From assembly GCF_006345805.1 (NCBI RefSeq), contig NC_043000.1, forward strand, positions 76,942,001 to 77,006,000: a DNA stretch of 64,000 nucleotides, in the 5' to 3' direction. The notes below the pieces were generated by a model that saw only the letters and a list, made by a program, of their open reading frames with translations, had not been told where the DNA came from and did no database searches. This stretch comes from Octopus sinensis (Eukaryota). This document shows, piece by piece, positions 50,440 to 64,000 of the stretch (the stretch's first letter is position 1; the number at the start of each line of letters is the position of its first letter). The position numbers were made by a program, and so were the translations under genes.

Positions 50440-52830
50440 GGCGCAGGAGTGGCTATGTGGTAAGTAGCTTGTTAATCTTCGATGTGTTCGGACGTGTTTT
50501 TTGGCTGCTCCGGTTGTCACGTCTTTCGGCGTGAATTGTTGAATTTTTGAGACTCAACTACAGGTAGGCGTTTGTTGAATTTTTTTAGGGGCTTAGTGAA
50601 GTTTATTGCATTGCATTTAATATTTTTTAGCAAGTAATGGACTCCACTTTGCTCTGGACATTTTTCCTGCCTGTGGTCGAGTGTAAAGACTCACTTTGCA
50701 GTGAGAATTGTGTTTTTTGAGGAGGCGTAGCCCCTCCTCAAAAATTAATTGCATCGTGTGGAAATTATCAAGGATAACCAAGAACTGTTTTTCTTTTGGG
50801 ATTTACCAGGAAGCACTAAAGATAACCAACGACTGTTTGAACGTTTGGCCAGGAGTAACTTTTTTTGGCCGCAAAAAAAAAAATTAATTCCTTTGTCTGG
50901 ATTTGAACTCTTCTATCGTTTATTTTTTTAAAAAAAGAACTTTTTTTGAACTGCTATTTCTATTTTCATTTCTTCCCTTCTGTTGTGTTTTTCATTCTCC
51001 TTTTTGTGTCTTATTTTGTTTCCTTATATTTTGAACTGTTTTGAACTTTATGTTAACATGGCAAAGGAATTTATTGTGTGGGAATTGACACCTCCCAAAA
51101 AATATTTGAAAGAGCTGGAGGAGAAGACCGTGGTGTTGAGGACTTATTCGAAGTCGCTCGACACCATAGCCGTCTTCCCGAAGGCCACTATACTGAACGA
51201 GCTGGCGGATTACATGCCAGCCGTTAAATTTATCGCACGGGGAGTGAAATACGCAACGGTTTGGTTGCTATTTGACTCCCCAAAAGAAGCTTGCGATTGA
51301 GGGCAAAGAAATATTATTTCTCCCAAATTACAAGGGAGAAAAATTGTTGAGAGCCTGGATCTGCGGCTTACCACCTGGCGTTGAGCCCGAGTGGATAGAG
51401 GATTCTATCCGCCGGGGCCTGGATGGTAGCAGTTCCAAGCTGCTGAATGTAAAAGTGTTGCCTGCGGCTGATTGGGAGGGATCAAAAGCTGTTTTGACCC
51501 TATGGACCCAATCAGCCAAAAGTCTGGTTTTTCCGGACTTCTTGAGGATGGCCGGGTGCAGGTATCCGGTGATACTTGAGGATCCTGGAGCAGGAAAAAG
51601 AGAAAGTGCATGCCACCCCTTCATTGGAGGGGGAGACGGTGGAAGTTGTGGAGGAAGCTGCCTCCACGAAAAGGAAAAGAACGGTGAGCAACCAAGAACG
51701 TACAGACGGAGGAGGAGGATAGCGACCCCCCGCGTCTGCCGACAGAGCCCCCTGGGCTCGCAGCCGCAAAAAGAAAGAGGAAAAAGAGGAACAGAGGACG
51801 GGCGGTGAGTGTTCCTAGGCCGCCGACGGAGCCGCAGGTGGGATGTGTGCCACCTGCGGATAGGGCTCCGTCAGTGGGAAGTGTGCCACTGACGGATCAG
51901 TGTGAGGTCCCTTCCTGTGAAGAGGAGTTGTTTATCCTCCTTTACCACAAGGGAGGGAAGGTGGAAAAATTTTTGAATGGCTTGGGTGACCGAGAACGTA
52001 TGGACACGGTCGGCTCAAGTAGTCCGTTATGGCCTCAGCAGGTGGCTGCGGAGGTAGTAACGGAAAACATTTTGTCAAGGGTCGCAGCGACCTTTGACAG
52101 GAAAGCATTTACTTTTCTCTTTGCAGGCCTCAACTTGTCGTCTGCAGGCGGCAAGTCACTTTGCTTCGGGGACCTGACAGGGAGAATTGTTGTGAATTTA
52201 TGTACTGCCCTTGTGGCAAATTAAATGAAAGAAAGAACTTTGTAAGAGGTTTTAGTGCCTCCTTCGTGTAAGAGGTTTGAAACCTCATATCGATTTTTGA
52301 AAATAAAGAAAAAAGAACATTGTCTTAGAGAAGCGGAAGTCGGCGGGCACTTTCGTCTTCTCCCATCACCATCATTCATTAATGTCTATGTCCAGCCTGC
52401 AGCTACTATCTGTGTAATGCCCTTGTGGCAAATTAAATGAAATAAAGTAGCTTGCTAACCAACCACATAGCAACTGCGTGGCACCTTGGGTAAGTGTCTT
52501 CTGCTATAGCCCCGGACCGACCAATGCTTTGTGAGTGGATTTGGTAGACGGAAACTAAAAGAAGCCTGTCGTATATATGTATATATATATATATATGTGC
52601 GTGTATGCTTGTGTGTCTGTGCTTATCCCCCTAGCATTGCTTGACAACCGATGCTGGTGTGTTTATGTCCCCGTTACTTAGCGGTTCGGCAAAAGAGACA
52701 GAATAAGTACTGGGCTTACAAAAGAATAAGTCCCGGGGTCGAGTTGCTCGATTAAAGGCGGTGCTCCAGGATGGCCACAGTCAAATGACTGAAACAAGTA
52801 AAAGAGTAAAAGAGAGAAAAGAGAGAGTAA
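50440..52830 (+). mobile_element. SINE family A split by a 2-kb insertion
   Basis: GGCGCAGGAGTGGCTATGTGGTAAGTAGCTTG head (50440-50471) resumes at 52455 and runs to the GAAACAAGTAAAAGAG tail. Confidence 0.9.
50472..52444 (+). mobile_element. ORF1-only L1/Tx1-like retroelement (HAL1-like); ORF1 starts at ATG 51058 and is frameshifted
   Basis: TSD AAGTAGCTTG (50462-50471, 52445-52454); RRM-like ORF1 (RAWICGLPPGVEPEWIE...FPDFLRMAGCRYPVILE); no EN or RT motifs; A-rich tail. Confidence 0.75.
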
Positions 52831-53449
52831 CCTATAACAACAATAGCTACAACAACAGCAGTAGCAACAGCTACCATATCAACAATACTAGAATATATAA
52901 AAGACATTCACTGAAAGCAAAGGACTGGCAGTGAAGTGTCGTCTGTGAACAAATTATGACAAAACCACGCCACCAAAACAGCAACCAATTTCTTTGGAAT
53001 GCTTTTGGCCTAAACAATATTTTCTATGTGGGAAAGGAGGTGATTTGTCAGAAACGACTGAGCAACTAAGCTGTCATTTGATAGTCTGTAATCTATACGC
53101 TCCGAGTTCGACTTCAAACTACTCTGGATCGCTTTCATTCCATCAGGGACCGGTGAATTAAATGTAAGTAGATGCAAAAATAGCAGCGTGCTTAAGAAAC
53201 TACACCCACAGCCACGTGGCTCAATCTCATTGCAGCATCCTGACAATACCATGGGAGTGGAGTTTTAGGTGGAATTCGTGTACACGCGCTTGTGACTTAA
53301 TAGTAATAATTATGTATACGTGATTAATTAAATACCAGTGAGATATTTGGTTCGATTAAAATATATAACTATATTATTGTGCTGGGGGCTACGCAAGCTA
53401 TTCATTAACAATGGAACAAAATAGAAGATGTAATCAATCGCTCAACATA

Positions 53450-53970
53450 TTAGGTTGGAAAGAAGAACCTGGCGTGTTTCAAGATGGGAAAGAAACAAAT
53501 GCTTCTTTGGTTTGATATATTTTAATCAAGATATCCCCCCTCATTATTGATAACATAATTCCATCTATTTAGCAAATTGTCGATCCTTCGGGCATAAAAT
53601 TCTTCAGGTTTTGAAGCAAAGAAGCACTAAATATAATTTTTAACCTTTTCACCATTTATAAAATGTTTTCTCTCTAAACAGTGTGGTAATGATCTGAAAA
53701 GCTGATAGTCAGATAGAGCAGCAAGGTCAGGTGAAGCAAAACTTCTATATTTATTTAGTACCATAATCTCTTCGTGTGTGACTTGGGTAATACGTGGTCT
53801 TTCATTATGTGCAAAATCAACACCCCACTTACGGTTGATCGATGATATGCACTTTTCCTGCAAATTTTTGTGCAATGTTTCCAAATAATAATAATGCTTC
53901 TCCACATTAACTGTTTCGTTTTGGTGTAATAATTCACGGTAGACGATACTGTTCATATCCCCCACTCAAA
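53450..53970 (-). mobile_element. mariner (DD34D) transposon 3' fragment
   Basis: IVYRELLHQNETVN...SPDLAALSDYQLFRSL; terminus TA-TTAGGTTGG. Confidence 0.85.
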
Positions 53971-56859
53971 TGCTCAGTGTGAGGGTTACTGTACTTCAGT
54001 TATTGGGATTACGAGCTCAAGTCTAGCCATACACACTTTTTGATATGAAAAAGGGTGCAATACATGCTAAAACGTTACCAGTGTAGCCCTGCTTATGCTT
54101 ATAGCAGAATGATTTTATAGCTAGACTATATTTTTGATTTTGTCCCATAGTTAAGATAGTTTACTTCTGGACATAACGATAAAAAGAAAAGATAACGTTT
54201 AAGGTAGAAAAGGTGACAAGTGTGTAATTAAGAATACAGTCTTCAAAAGTTGTTTTCTTGCAAGAGTCTATACCCACAAGAACCTAATAAAATTTCAAGT
54301 AAAAAAAAAAATAAAAAGATTGCATTTCATGACTCTTTTATAGACTTCTAACAAACATAGTTTTCAAAATAACCATGGAATTTCAAAGGCTACGTCTAGT
54401 ATATGACACACACATACACACTCAAGTTATTGAATAGAGAACAGATTGGTGGTGGTGATGGAGTGAAGTAGTTAAATCGTCAGTCGCCATTTTGAAATAA
54501 TGACTGACATTACAAGACACGACAACAAAATATGAGCATTGTTTTAAAATAACGTCATTATTTACTGGTTTCCAACTTGGCAATTGCAGCTTGGTTGAGC
54601 TAGATCTAGCGTTTTAAACAAACAGATAATATAAACCAAGCTCAGTAAACTGGTATGGCCGTTAACGGTAGCTCTCTCTCAGACATTCACGCATTCGCTC
54701 CCCCACCCTATCTCATTACAACGAAATTTTCGGCTGTTATTTTACCAACACACTTCAATGTTTTACAAGTCAATTAACTGAAATCATGGCTATTATTACG
54801 GAAGAACCAAGGAGAAACAAATGGATTTATTATAAACCTTAAAGGTCACATGTTAGAACGGCTTTGTTTTATTGTGTGAGAAATTTGAATAGAAAGGTCA
54901 CATGCTTAAATTAGTTTTATATGGTAAAGAAACTACTAGGAATATGTCACTGTAAAAAACGTGAGGTCAAAGGCTACTTTGCACAGGCTGGAATTTTTTT
55001 CGCGCTATATCTAGTGACACGAGGCCCAAGGTTTAGCTCAGACATACATAATGAGAACACACAAGGCTGGTGGCTAAAAGCTGAAATATATTGTGCGCAC
55101 ACGCGCGTGTGTGTATGTATGTATTTGAGATATAGCCCTCACACTTTGCTCCTCAATCAATTTACGTTAATTTGATAACTGTGATACAGGAGGCATTTGT
55201 TATAAGCCAGAATGAGAGATCCAGAACACAGATTTAAGATTATGGAAGACTATAGCTGCCCTCCTACCTCTCGTAAAACATGTTAAGATGAGTCCACTTA
55301 CATTTGAATAGGGGCAAGGGTGGTGTGTATGGTTGTTGCCTCAGATTATGCTGCGATTGGTTTTATAATAAAACCGGTTAAACTGGTAAAACACAAAAAC
55401 CTTTTCAGTTGTATGTAGGACCCACTACAAGTATATCAACACAACGTTCCACTGTATAAATTACAGTAATAAAAATATGCTTTAAAAAATCCCATACTAT
55501 TGTAACTATATACAGTAAGTATTTAATAACAACTGTAACTATATAATAAACATTTAATATCAACATTAAATATTGCAACAATCATTTCAACTTGAGCAAA
55601 TACAGAGTGTGTGCTCATGATATGTCGCTCATTTTTGGTTCCTTATTTTTATCACTCTCTCACCCCCCAATATCCAACCAATGTCATATCGTGATAACTA
55701 TGGTGCAGATCAACTCCCAAACTATTTTATAATGGAAGATAGAAATATTTGTTTCCTGTTATAAACTTTGATTATATAATAGCGAGTTCAATATTTATAC
55801 GTTTACTACCACTGTTGGTGTGCAGTATTTGCCTAGCACACCAGCAATATTCTCTCATCTCACAACTGACAGTTTGGCGAACCAGCAAGAGGGATTCTTC
55901 GTTGATCAAACTACGAGCAACTATCAAATCTCCGCCAAGTCACACCCTAAAAAAGGCGGTCACAAGCGCAGAGATGACATAATTCCAGATATCTATAGTG
56001 ACAGTATGGCCAAAGTTGGAATGCCTTTATCATAGGTCTGGTGAATCAGGGTTGAAAGACATTAAACTGGTTGGCGAGAGCAGGGCTAACTTGCCAGCTA
56101 AACAGCATCACTACGTCTGCTGAATCAAGGTTGATCCAGGGTTAAAAAGCAAGTCTCATGACGTAAATCAATAGGTCTAGGCAACATACAAGTATGGTTC
56201 AGTATCATATATACAGCAATGTATAAAATCTACATTGTCCCAAGTATATAATTGTTAACATCCACCAGCCGTTCATATTTTATTGACTCCAGTAGGATGA
56301 AATAAATATCAAAGCTTACCTGGTGGGATTTGATCTCAGAACGTAAAGAGGTATAATCAACTACAGCAAAACATTTTGTCCAGGTATTTTACTGATTTTG
56401 ATAATCTACTACTGCTGGTAATATAATAATTCTTTCAGCTATAGGCTTAAGGTCGGAAATATAAAGGGAGGAGATTAAACGATTACATAGAGTCTAGTGC
56501 TGGACATGTACTTATTTTATTGACCTCGAAAGGATGAAAGGCAAAGTCGACCTCGACAGAATTTTGAAGTAAGAGCGTAAATACGGACGAAATGTCGCTA
56601 ATTATGCTCGGCGTACTAAAGAATCTGCCAGCTCGCCGCCTTACTACTACTTTCTACTATTGACACAAGGCCTGAAATTTCGGAAAAGGTGACTAGTTAG
56701 TTACATCGACCTCAGTGCTTGACTGGTACTTATTTTATCGACCCCGGCGGAATTTGATTGAACTCCAAATGTAAAGACGGATGAAATACTGCAAAGCATT
56801 TCGTCCAGCATGCTAACGATTCTACCAGCTTATCGCACTACTACTACTAATAATAATAA

Positions 56860-57080
56860 TGTTTCCTTTATTAACTACTAGAGGTTCACAAATAACGTTG
56901 GGGGCGGTACAGGAGAATACAGTGTAGGTTACATAAAAAATGTGTCGAAAGTAGCCACACCCCACCCAAAAAACAGTAACAATATAAAATTATAACAATG
57001 AATTAATTCCCCTGGGGAGGGAGACATCCTAGAGCTTCTAATGGAGACCCCACAAAACCATGATTGCCATGACCAGTAGA
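56860..57080 (-). mobile_element. Probable L1/Tx1 3' UTR fragment
   Basis: TTTCCTTTATT end and GACCCCACAAA motif are paralleled at 25080-25270. Confidence 0.45.
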
Positions 57081-57760
57081 TATCTGATTACAGATTCATC
57101 ATTCACAGCTGGAACTTTACAACGGCTACTAAAAAAGGTAACACTTTCTTTTCCTTCAAAAATGTGAAGCGCAAAGCTGTAACTATCGTCATGCAAATAC
57201 CAAGTTATGTAGCCCCATTTCTAATCATAGTTTTAAACATACACATGCATGCTAACAACATAAACTCACTTTGTGTTGGCCGTTTCATAATCTCCAGTTT
57301 TCACGCTTAGTTTCATTAGTGGAAGAATCAAATGGCCATTTATATAGAGAGATACAATGACACTTGACAATTTAAATACAATCTTTCACAGTTTTACAAA
57401 ATAAGCAATATTACCATTACTGACTAACCTATCAAACTTACACTTCATGTAAATATGCCTAAGTATATGTATGTGTATTCCTGTGTGTTCGTGGGGAAGG
57501 CTATGTGTATCAACATGTAAGTATGAAGGTAAGTATGAATAAGTATTTGTGAATTGATATATCAAGCCTATTAGTGCTAATAATTGACACGCACGAATGT
57601 ACAGAATAGAAAAAAAAAAGAAAACAATGATAAAAAAAAACTTGCCCAAAAAGAAAACTTAACTGCAACAAACACGCAAACAAAATGGATTGTAATGAAG
57701 TCCGAAATGTAAGGTACAACACAAACCCCAAACCTCATACAGACACAGGTCATCATATTA

Positions 57761-58989
57761 TGAGGGTCGGCTGAAAGGTTCATAGGTGGACCAAAATACT
57801 TTCACTGAATTTGACCAAATAAGGTTTATTTTTCGACATAGTCCCCCTTGCAGTCCACATATTTCTTCCATCGATGTTAGTGTTTGGATCCCATTGGTGG
57901 CGAAGCTTTCATCCTGTTGCTCAAAAAAGTCATTAACAAGTATGACGTCATCGTTACTGCGACACTGATTCCAGCCAAGAATTTTTTTTGTTGGGGAACA
58001 GTCAGATGGGGCCAAATCAAGAGATAAGGGAGGTTGTTCAACACAGTCCCGCACAGCAGCCACTGAAACCAAGGACTTCTGTGTGCTGGAGTATAGTCCT
58101 GATGAAACAAATCCCAGTTCGAAAGTTTTCCTGGGCGTTTGATAGTCTTTGGTAACTGCTTCAGCAAGCTGGCATAGAACTCTGCATTGAAGGTGTGACT
58201 TTTTTCAAGATAGTCAATAAACACAATGCCTTTTGCACCCCCCCCCCAAATGAGGCCAACACCTTCACTGCAGATGAAACGATCTTGGTCTTCTTTGGAG
58301 CTAGTAAGGAGGGGTGATTCCACTATATCAATTGTCTCTTTGTCTCTGGCTCTAAGTGATGAACCCAACACTCATCCTGGATTACGAAACGTTCAATGAA
58401 ACCAGCTGGATTTGCCTCAAACAATGTCAGATTTTCCGGTGTTGCGATCAGCCTGATACACTTTTGATTAAGTGTCAGAAAACGTTGCACTCACCGAGCA
58501 GAAACTTTCGTCATGCCAAGTTCATTGTGCAGAATATTCTTAACTCTCATACGGGATATGACAACAGCATTAGCTACTTGATTTATAGTTAATCGCCTGT
58601 CATCTATCACCATATAGTAAAGTCGATCAATGTTTTCATTGGTGGTGGCAGTTTGCAAGACACTCTTTTCACCTCCTAAAAGCTGCCCACTTTTACACTG
58701 TTGATAAAAATCTGAAGCGTCTTTCCCCAACATAGCAACCATATCAGCATGAATGTCCTTAGGGGCTGAACCCTTTTTCTGTAGGTACTTGATAACACCA
58801 GGATGCCAAATTTTGTCGATTTAAAAGAGAAGTCACTACTAGTTACTTCTGGAGTCTTGTTTGAACAGTCAGATGTCATTTTACCTGAAAAGAAACTATG
58901 CAATAAGAAGAGTTGAAATTAATGCAAGCAAGATTTCACAGCTCTAGCATCACTCCTTCATAGCCTGCGAACTGCGCAACCCACCCTCA
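57761..58989 (-). mobile_element. Full-length (about 1.23 kb) decayed mariner, irritans/Himar-like
   Basis: TA|TGAGGGTCGGCTGAAAGGTTC left TIR with a degenerate right TIR ending CCACCCTCA; DKIWHPGVIKYLQKKG, DDRRLT, LGMTKVSAR, GIVFIDYLEK, HQDYTPAH, DLAPSD. Confidence 0.92.
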
Positions 58990-60081
58990 CATACAAACAT
59001 ATATATATCAATATACGAAGGCGTACATAGAATCACCACTAATATAAAAAAAAATATTTACCACACATTAAAAATAAAACATTGAAAATATGAATAAAAA
59101 TCATGAACAAAATTCACCATTAGACACTGAGATATGAACACAGCAAAGAGTGCTGCCACAGAGTTGCATGAGAGGCATATATATCATCATCGCTAAGGTC
59201 TTACACACAGTGATGAAACAACTTTGACGAAAACCAATTAATCCATTAATTAATTACATTTATTTATTAACTAATCATCTAATTAACCGAAAACTAAACA
59301 CAGGAATGAAATAAATAGAACCAATTCAAGTATTTTAATTGGCGCCACTCTCCAAAGTACACACACAAGCAGTAATATAAATCATAAATGTCACAACTTT
59401 CTACCTCCTCTGTTGCAAAGCTGTGTGTGTATAACAAGAGAACCGAGTGTGTATGACAGAAGTAATGTGAAAATGTGTGCAAGGGAGACTGAGTGATGGG
59501 TGCTGGGCGGGGAAGGCAAGAGTTCCTGTAGGAAGTTATGAAAATAAATAAAGGGACCAAGTGTGGACAGATTTGTTATTTCAATGACATATGTTAGTTT
59601 AGGTAACCTAGTCCACCTATCATCCAATTATCTACCTACCGCCTCCTCTATACTCAAACTGGTGCACCTGCTGGACGTGTACACACATATGCACACATAC
59701 ACAGATTCTACACCTCTCAGCACATCTATCATGGACTGTGTGTACCACTATGACGGTTCCTATTAAGCAAACCTAACAACATTAAAGGCATTCCTGCCGT
59801 GACCAACCTCTCTTTTTATTTGTTTTCTGAAGGTATGGTGAGATCTAGGCTATATTATCTAACGCGATCTTCCTTTCTTATGGTTGCCGACTGTAAGTTG
59901 TAAGGAATTTGGCTTCTTCTTCCAGATAGAAGGGTCATGTAGAAACTTACGTTAGCTGGTGTGTATATAAGTGTATGTGTGTGTGTGTGGCTGCGTGAGC
60001 GCACGCATTCGTGTATGTATGGGTATATACATACGTGTACATACATATATTTAAACACTCGTGCAAACAGACACATATATA

Positions 60082-60458
60082 TCTCTCTCTATATAAACGG
60101 CAGTTTGTCTGTGCGTGTTTCTGTGTGTCTGTTTTCTCGTACCCTCACCCTGACCACGGCTTTCAACCGATTCTGATGAAACTTGACACACACATAGCCC
60201 AATGTCATAATTCAAAACTAACGCAGCGAAAATTTTGAAAAGTTCCCCCAGTTCTGAAAAAAATCGATAAATTCGACATGGGGTCGAGAATAAAAAAAAA
60301 CAAACCACAGACTGTCTAGGGGACGCAACTCAACCTTTTATTACTCTCAAAAAAAAAATTTACCATCATTTTTTTTCCATTTTTTGGCTATAACTCTCTA
60401 AAAATGCTTTATAGTTATTTCCCTTACAAACCTGAGCAACGCCGGGCGATACTGCTAG
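60082..60458 (+). mobile_element. Non-autonomous Helitron
   Basis: A|TCTCTCTCTATATAAACGGCAG...CCTGAGCAACGCCGGG..CTGCTAG|T; the first 210 bp or so match 27980-28185. Confidence 0.9.
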
Positions 60459-63400
60459 TACTCAATAAAACGTGTATGCATGTATGTACACACACATACG
60501 CAATTAAATATTTTCACTATACATTTTAAATGTTCCATTTATAAACATCCGGTGGTCGCGAACGAGAAACTGAGTAACGCTTTATGAAGATTCCAGCTTA
60601 CAATAAAATATTTCACGTCACTTTGAGCAGTGGAATATTTTATCTTTTATCTCTCCTGTTACTACACTCATGTGTAGCCCCACCTCACACACACACGTTT
60701 ACTGCATATATATTTAAAGGACACCTGGTTATATATTTAAACAACCCACACACGTGCATATACAAGAGTGACCGATAAAATAAGTACCAGGCTTAAAATA
60801 CAATTAAGTAATGGGGTCGATTCGTTCGGTGAAAATTCTTCAAGGCAGTGCCCCAACATGGCCACAGTTTAATGACTAAAACAAGTGAAAGATAAAAATA
60901 AATTCATCAATCACCTACGTTTGCACATAAAGATAAATATTATCAAAATATGATTATCACCTTCGTGTGGTGAGAATGCAGTAATTTGAGATCAAAGAGA
61001 AACTATAATGATAATTTTACCAATAACAGGTTTCGAATTCCGACGGACTTTCAGTTAAGGTTACAGTTGTTGGTGTCTGTTTAGTATCCGAAGTCAGTCT
61101 TCATTGAATAATACGATCAAAGTGTTCTTAATATGGTCACCTGATCTTTTAAAAGAGTTTCTAGGACTAATTTGTCTAATCTGTTTTTGTTATAGCTTTA
61201 GTGTGTATTTTGAGAGGGACTATTACTGCAAAACTTCAACACTGGAATTTAAGAGTGAATGACAGAGCCTTCAACTTGAAATTTGTGTACCACTCTGTAC
61301 TAGTTCTTGCAGGATAGTGCTTTAAGACAAGTGAGAATGGGTATTGCAGATAATAAGGAATGATAGTGAGAAGAAATGGAGAGGTGTGGAAGGCGAAAAA
61401 TCGATCCTATGTTCAAAATTCCGTCATTACTGATCTTTAGGAATTCGAAGTTCAAAGTTCTGTCATTATTGATCTTCAATTCTCTCATGCTGTCTTTCAA
61501 CACTAATTCAATGTGTGTATCCATTGATTTATATAATCTATCGGAATCCTTTCTTCATTCAACACACACACACACAACCTCACCTCAGGCACGATGTTTT
61601 CTCCAGATCACCGAAACATACTCCAGCTACTTCGTATCCCACTAACACCATCCCACAACTTTCTCTCACAATCCTCTCCACTCCCACCCTTGTTTTGCTA
61701 CACATTACACAACCGTCTCCTCCCCTTCAACGTTCCGCAGATATATTCCATCTACACTATTAGACACATCAAGCACACCCTCTTAATATAACCAACAAAT
61801 ATTGCACACAGATACCCAAACTATTTCACCCAACAAAAACACCCCTAGCCAACCCTCATTATTTACTTGCTTTACTTCCCACTCTTCCTTCCTCGTTTCC
61901 TTCATATTTGTCCCTAACACAATTACTACCCACCACAGATATTTCCTTCCTCAGCCCCGACTATTCTTCATACATCCACATCAAGCAAGCACCCAGTGCC
62001 AAATCTGTTTCTCAATATGCACGCATACAGCTAACTTGATACATATAGATACACGTACACAAACACGAATATAGACAATCGTATATACATAGTAAACAAA
62101 CACACGTACACAAACGTATTTATACATACACCCTTGACACACTAGTCAAACCTGCCTACATCTATATATATGTTAATATACACACCCCTTTAATACATAC
62201 CAGCCAGGTTAGTTTACGCACACACACTTTTAATACAGGTCTGTTTAGACAGATAACTGCAGCTGTTTTTATTTGATAAAAGAAATGTTGATGTATTACC
62301 AACAGATTTTGGTAAGTTTCAATACAGAACTTCCTTAGGGGTTCGCTAACACACACACACACACTTCAGTATTTATATAGATGAACAGATAGGCGCAGAT
62401 ATAAGCATGCAAATAGATACGTGTGTGTGTTTGTAGGCATATACATATCCTAGCGCGCACGCACGCACACAGCATTAGCTACTATGATATGGTTCGGCCA
62501 TGCTTAACTCAAAAGCCGACGACGACACCACCACCACCACTACTGAGTGGTGCTCATTAAGTCATATTTAGGATGTCATGGGCTCATTTAAGGAGTTGTT
62601 AACAAAAATGTATCCGGAACGTTTGTCTAATATTTCTTTGAAAGTAATAGGAATTTTTTTTTTTTTTTACTGAGTTTTAGGTGTTTTCTTATTAATACCT
62701 TGATGTTAACATCATTTGGCCAACATGGTTGGCGTATTTTGTACGTGGTCCGCGCTCTGAATAGTTGACCTGTGATCAAATATGATCCAACCGTGACCAG
62801 CTCGTCTTTTTATTTAGACATAATCTATCAAAAACATTATTCGAGTGACAATAATGACTGTATAACAAAGATGTTGATATCGATCATAATAGTCGTAATT
62901 ATTCCTTACCACCACCGACCTCATCACATTCATTACCTTCCCCGCCATCTCTTATGAGATTATACAATCATTTGCTTCTACCACTACCACCACAACTATC
63001 CCCAATAGTTCCTCCTCCAACCACCCACCACCACCAGACCTAAAATATAATTAACATGCACATTAATTACTACATTATTTTGTTATATATTTTAAAATGT
63101 TTTTATGTTCTTTTTGTATAGTAGCTGGATGTTAATGAGGTCTGAACTTCGTCCAATTTTTTATCATTATATTTGAAAACAACAATTCTTGTGTTTGAAC
63201 ACCTTGTTTTTTTTTTGTGTGTGTGTGTATATTTCAATAACATTAATGTTTGACGAAGGTGAAAAGTGAAGATAGATACATGGACAGGCAATTATACATT
63301 CATGCACGCACTTTAACATTCACACACATACATACCCTTCCATACGCACGCACAAACACACGTCTTCACACACAATACATAACCTGGTACATACAAAAGC

Positions 63401-64000
63401 TTTTTTTTAATGGGAGGGGGAATAAAATGAACACACACACACACACACAAAGCAGCCTCACTCTCCACTCCACACAACACTCGAACAGTTAGTCACGTCA
63501 ATAAGCTATTATCTTAAAACAATAGACATATTAAATAACGAACGTGAACACGAATAAAGAGAAAGAAATTAAATGATACAGCTTTGCCCATCCCCCCGCC
63601 TCAATTATATTACACACACAGTTTCTATTACACCACTCCCCACCTCTCTGCCCTGGCAGACACATACATACATACATAGAAACATGCATGTTGGTTGTTA
63701 GAACAAACGATTAACCTTGGCAACTACGTTTTTAAACGATACTTCCAGTAGTAAGCAGGTAAAACGAATGACTCAACACCAACAACTGGTTTTCCAGTCA
63801 CTGAGACTCTGAAGCCTTCCAGTAGCATATGGTAAGCATCGTTGATAAAGCCACTACACGCTTCACTAGATCGTGGATTGCAGGCTTTGTCTAACCGAAA
63901 AATTCCAGATATTAAAGCAGCTACAGATATAATCTAATTGTTGTCATTGGAGGAGGAGGTTCCTCCTGCACAATCTCCAGCCACTTGAAAGTTTAATACC

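Overview
AT-rich, repeat-saturated eukaryotic genomic DNA with a 100-N scaffold gap at 1761-1860. The SINE, LINE and microsatellite content suggests an octopus genome; this is inference from recognised repeats, not a search result. No intact protein-coding gene, RNA gene or CRISPR array is present. The window is mostly decayed mobile elements. LINEs: an RTE LINE plus a second RT fragment, and CR1/L2-like, R4/Dong-like and L1/Tx1 3' fragments. LTR elements: two nested Gypsy elements in opposite orientation. DNA transposons: a Buster/Charlie hAT with a nested Helitron, two mariner relics, maT, pogo and Tigger relics, piggyBac-like MITEs and a long-TIR foldback element. Several modular tRNA-derived SINE families are also present. 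A few candidate minus-strand exons suggest the window may be intronic. Best leads: (1) an ORF1-only Tx1/L1-like retroelement with a 10-bp TSD inserted in a SINE tRNA head; (2) long foldback palindromes beside (TA)n tracts, one with a Penelope-type minimal hammerhead-like fold; (3) an unannotated old Gypsy with a possible Ulp1-like protease after the integrase; (4) SINE-LINE shared 3' tails. Coordinates of decayed elements are approximate and all family calls come from motif recognition by eye.
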